From positions 1,952,001 to 2,016,000 of the forward strand of contig OZ244937.1 of NCBI GenBank assembly GCA_965222075.1: a stretch of 64,000 nucleotides of DNA, read 5' to 3'. The DNA comes from Candidatus Latescibacterota bacterium. Its GTDB lineage: Bacteria > Latescibacterota > UBA2968 > GCA-2709665. The notes below the pieces were generated by a model. It was not told the origin of the DNA, ran no database searches, and saw only the letters and a program-made list of their open reading frames with translations. The position numbers were made by a program, and so were the translations under genes. Positions 60,399 to 64,000 of this stretch are shown here, piece after piece. Each line of letters starts with the position of its first letter. Within the stretch, counting starts at the first letter, position 1.

Positions 60399-60635
60399 GA
60401 ACTACCCCGACCTGACGCTTCCTCTTCAATATGCTCGCTGGAGGCGGTCTCTCCTCTCAACCCTGGATAACCTTCAGATCTACTCCAGGCTATCGTTCAG
60501 GATTCTGCCTTGACAGTCCCGGCCTCCCCTATTTCTTCCCCACAACCGGCATACGAATAGCGTAAATTTGAGAAAGATTAAGGCTCAAGATATAACCTGT
60601 CAAGCCTCACGATCCGTACGGAAGGAGCAGTCGGC

Positions 60636-61541
60636 ATGAAAATTGAAAAGGTGGTCATCCCGGTTGCCGGATTAGGCACACGCCTGCTGCCGGCAACAAA
60701 ATCGCAGCCCAAAGAGATGCTGCCGATTGGACGCAAACCTGTGGTCCAGTATGTGGTGGAAGAAATGGTGGAGCAGGGCCTGAAAAAAATCCTCTTTGTA
60801 ACCGGCCGCGACAAGCGGTCCATCGAAGACCACTTCGACCGGGACCCCGAACTGCTCAACCGCCTTTCGGAGAGCGACCACGAGGAACTCTTAGACGAGA
60901 TCGATTACGACAGAGAAGGCGTCAAATTCTTCTACACCCGGCAGATCATCCCACCGGGCCGCCTCACGCCCGCCGGCATTGGAGACGCCATCTACACGGC
61001 CGAAGACTTCGTGGCCGGGGAACCGTTTGTGGTGGCCCTGGGAGACACCATCTTCAACTCCGGAACGCACTCGGGACTGGTGCGCCGGCTCATCAGGTCC
61101 CACCTCAAACACGGGTCAAGCTGCACCATTGCGGTCCTGGAAGTGGCCCCCCACGAGGTGCAACATTATGGCATTGTCAAACCGAAAGGGCACGCAGGGG
61201 CCGATTTCGAAATTGAAGCCATCGTCGAAAAGCCCTCGGAGGCAGACGCCCCCAGCCGGCTGGCGGTGGCTGCACGGTATGTGTTCAACACCGAAATCTT
61301 CACCGCGCTGCGCCGCACCTCTCCCGGATACGGGGGAGAACTGGAATTGACCGACGCCATCGCCACCCTGCTCGAAATGGGCCATCCGGTCCGTTGTATC
61401 AGGCTCAAGCGGGACGAACTCCGCTACGATATCGGAAACTCGGTCTCCTACTTCAAGGCCTTTATCGACTTCGCCCTCTCAGACCAGCGCCACGGCTACC
61501 TCATCCGCCAGTACCTCCAGCAGCGTCTGAGGGAGTTCTGA
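60636..61541 (+). CDS. galU: UTP--glucose-1-phosphate uridylyltransferase-like nucleotidyltransferase
   Basis: IPVAGLGTRLLPATKSQPKEMLP, VEKP, ELELTDAI, YDIG. Confidence 0.88.
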   Translation: MKIEKVVIPVAGLGTRLLPATKSQPKEMLPIGRKPVVQYVVEEMVEQGLKKILFVTGRDKRSIEDHFDRDPELLNRLSESDHEELLDEIDYDREGVKFFYTRQIIPPGRLTPAGIGDAIYTAEDFVAGEPFVVALGDTIFNSGTHSGLVRRLIRSHLKHGSSCTIAVLEVAPHEVQHYGIVKPKGHAGADFEIEAIVEKPSEADAPSRLAVAARYVFNTEIFTALRRTSPGYGGELELTDAIATLLEMGHPVRCIRLKRDELRYDIGNSVSYFKAFIDFALSDQRHGYLIRQYLQQRLREF

Positions 61542-61543
61542 GC

Positions 61544-62602
61544 ATGCCCCATGCCTACCTTTGCACCGCGCCAGGCCGGGCGGGCATCATCGGGAACCCG
61601 ACCGACATGTACGGCGGGAGCGTGATCTCCTGTTCCACCCTCGAACGAGCGGCCGTGCTGATCGAACCTGCAGACGGCCTCAGCTTCGAGGTGGCCGGCC
61701 TGCGCCACAGGGTCGAAAAACCGGATGACCTGAGGCTCGACGGCGGCTATTCGGACGTGGCCAAGGCCGTTATCGACTTTCTCAACCTCGCCAGCGCCCG
61801 GTTTTCCCTCCGGTGGGCGTGCAACGTGCCTTTCGCCGCCGGCCTCTCCAGTTCGGCGACCATGATCGTGGCCATCTTAAACGCCGTCCTCGCCTACCTG
61901 GGACGGTCGGAGAACCCCTTTTACCGGGCAGAAATGGCCCGGCACATCGAACTGCATTACATGGTCCTCTGCGGCTATCAGGACGCCTACATGTGCACCT
62001 TTGGCGGGCTCAACTACATGGACTTCCGTCAAAAACAGTTCTACCGGGCCTTTGGAGACGAACCCTATGCCACCATGGAGCCGCTTGCACCCTATATCGA
62101 TGACTTCCCCTTCCTGCTGGGGCATACCGGAATACAGCGAAGCTCGGGAACGGTACACCGCCCCATCCGGGAGCGCTGGCTGGAGCGGGACAGGGAGGTG
62201 GTGCGAAGCTACCTCCGGATTGCCCACTTAGCCCGTATGGGCAAACGCGCCCTCCTCTCCGGAGACTGGGAACGGCTTGGAGAACTGATGGTCGAAAACC
62301 ACGACATCCAGCGGGACCTGGGGGGCTCCGCCCCCGAAAACGACCGGTTGATCAATGCCGCATTGGAGGCCGGCGCCCTCGGCGCAAAGCTGGCCGGGGG
62401 CGGGGGCGGGGGCACCATTATCGCCCTGGCCCCTGAGCCTGAGCCTGTTGTGGAGGCGCTGGTGGACGCCGGCGCCAGCCGCATTCTCTATCCCAAACCC
62501 ACACCGGGTGTTACCGTGACCCCCCTTAAAACCAAAGCGGACTGGAAGGCCGCCGAGCGGGAATTTGCCCACCGGGCACAGGAGGAAGACTTCCACGCAT
62601 AA
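61544..62602 (+). CDS. GHMP-family sugar kinase (glucuronokinase/HddA-like)
   Basis: APGRAGIIGNPTD, VPFAAGLSSSA, GYQD, GAKLAGGGGGG. Confidence 0.85.
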   Translation: MPHAYLCTAPGRAGIIGNPTDMYGGSVISCSTLERAAVLIEPADGLSFEVAGLRHRVEKPDDLRLDGGYSDVAKAVIDFLNLASARFSLRWACNVPFAAGLSSSATMIVAILNAVLAYLGRSENPFYRAEMARHIELHYMVLCGYQDAYMCTFGGLNYMDFRQKQFYRAFGDEPYATMEPLAPYIDDFPFLLGHTGIQRSSGTVHRPIRERWLERDREVVRSYLRIAHLARMGKRALLSGDWERLGELMVENHDIQRDLGGSAPENDRLINAALEAGALGAKLAGGGGGGTIIALAPEPEPVVEALVDAGASRILYPKPTPGVTVTPLKTKADWKAAEREFAHRAQEEDFHA

Positions 62603-62705
62603 TACCCCCGACCTCCTCCGGCACGAGATGGAAAAGCGGTCTTCCCACGCATCAAATCGTCAGCAGCAACCAGAATTCATTCATCGGCCAATTCGGAGAT
62701 TCCCT

Positions 62706-64000
62706 ATGACTGGCGGCGAGATCTTAATCGAAAGCCTGAAGGCGCAGGGCATCGGCTGCATCGTGGGCATGCCGGGCAATCAGAACATTGACATCTACGA
62801 CGCCCTCCTCCGGTCGGGAGGGATAGAGCACTACCTCATCCGAAACGAGCAGACCGCTACCCTCATCGCCAACGGCTACGCCCGGGCATCCGGAGAAGCG
62901 GGCGTCGCGCTGACCGTGCCGGGCCCGGGGGCGACCAACGCCTCTACCGGCATCGTCGATGCCTGCACCGACTGCGTGCCGGTCCTCCTGGTCACCGGGG
63001 GCACCGAGGTCGTCCACAACGGCCGGGACCGGAGCAAGTGCTTTCACGGCCTCGACCAGGCCGCCTTTTTTGCGCCCATTGCCCGCGCCTTTGCCCGCCC
63101 GGAACGCATCGAGGACATCCCCGACGCCGTCGTCGGGGTCTTCAAAGCCCTGCGCGCCCCCAGGCCGGGACCGGCCGTCATCGAACTCCCGACCGACATC
63201 GCCGCTGCAGAAGGCGAGGTGGACATCCCCTCCCGCGTTGCTGGAGATCGCCCCGCACCCGATCCTGAAGCTGTTCGCCGCGCCTCCGAAATCCTGAGCA
63301 GCATGGCCCGGCCCGTCATCCTGGCCGGAGGAAACACGATCGCCGCCGAGGCGACCGCAGAACTCCGCACGCTGGCCGAAGCGCTGAACGCGCCTGTGGT
63401 CCTCACCCGCCTTGGAAAGGGCGCCTTCCCGGACGGGCACCCCCTCTGTGCCAGCCACTGCCGGGCCAAACTGGCCAGGCGGGTCCTCGAACATGCGGAC
63501 GGCCTCCTCGCCGTCGGCTGCCGCTTCACCCAGATCGACACCTCCGGCTGGACCATCTCCCTGCCCCAACGGCGCGTACAGCTCGACCCCGATCCCGCGG
63601 AGATCGGCCGCGAGATCCCGGTTGACGCCGGCGTGGTGGGAGACCTGAAACAGGCCCTGCCCATGCTCTTAGAGGTGCAAAAGGAACTGGGCATACCGGA
63701 AACCGCGTGGAATAGCAGGCTCGACCGCATGCGCCGGGAGGTTGCGGCAGACCGCCCGCCCCTGCCGATCATGTCGGCCATGCGCGAGGTCCTCGAAGAG
63801 GACGCGGTCGTATCCGTGGACGTCACCTCCATCGCCTACCGGGCCTTCGACGAGTTTGAAATCACCCACCCCCGCGCCTTCCTCTACCCCTGTCATTCCG
63901 TCACGCTTGGCTTTGCCGTGCCCGCCGCCATCGGCGCCAAACTGGCCTGCCCCCACCGGCAGGTCGCCGCCTTCTGCGGAGACGGTGGATTCCAGATGAC
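62706..64000 (+). CDS. Thiamine pyrophosphate-dependent enzyme (acetolactate synthase-like), runs off the window
   Basis: Absent from the ORF track. MTGGEILIESLKAQG..GMPG..RNEQ..GYARASG..PGPGATN, and GDGGFQM at the window end. Confidence 0.9.
   Translation, partial: MTGGEILIESLKAQGIGCIVGMPGNQNIDIYDALLRSGGIEHYLIRNEQTATLIANGYARASGEAGVALTVPGPGATNASTGIVDACTDCVPVLLVTGGTEVVHNGRDRSKCFHGLDQAAFFAPIARAFARPERIEDIPDAVVGVFKALRAPRPGPAVIELPTDIAAAEGEVDIPSRVAGDRPAPDPEAVRRASEILSSMARPVILAGGNTIAAEATAELRTLAEALNAPVVLTRLGKGAFPDGHPLCASHCRAKLARRVLEHADGLLAVGCRFTQIDTSGWTISLPQRRVQLDPDPAEIGREIPVDAGVVGDLKQALPMLLEVQKELGIPETAWNSRLDRMRREVAADRPPLPIMSAMREVLEEDAVVSVDVTSIAYRAFDEFEITHPRAFLYPCHSVTLGFAVPAAIGAKLACPHRQVAAFCGDGGFQM

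Noticed and set aside
1-64000. CRISPR arrays, tRNA/rRNA genes, intact transposases or prophage
   Set aside because: No regularly spaced repeats, cloverleaf or rRNA signatures, or intact mobile genes were seen by eye.

Overview
GC-rich (~60%) bacterial chromosomal window. The uncharacterised transporter genes, DUF6029-type barrel and C-terminal EF-hand/dockerin-like repeat suggest an FCB-group lineage such as Latescibacterota (inference only). Left: an uncharacterised peptidase/permease plus OPT-like plus DUF6785-like transporter locus, an oxidoreductase, a rhodanese and a PHP metallohydrolase. Centre (10.4-34.3 kb, all minus strand): a ~24 kb methylated-amine catabolism cluster with two mgsABC sets, two glutamine-synthetase-like ligases, mgdABCD, tdm, fhs and a divergent Amt. 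It has no tmm or dmm genes, but has an acyl-CoA-dehydrogenase-fold protein lacking the catalytic Glu and a flavin reductase flanking tdm, a candidate new two-component amine N-oxygenase. Right: rhamnulokinase, an EndoQ-UvrD fusion, decayed remnants (DNA methylase, IS5, WD40), and a TlpA / DUF6029-like barrel / redoxin operon whose third gene is split in the ORF track by an in-frame UGA in a UxxC motif followed by a SECIS-like hairpin (a probable surface selenoprotein). Housekeeping genes follow (tilS, ftsH, folP, purM, holA, trxA, galU, GHMP kinase, TPP enzyme). A CCTGCCTGC...GCAGGCAGG palindrome family sits in-frame inside several coding sequences.
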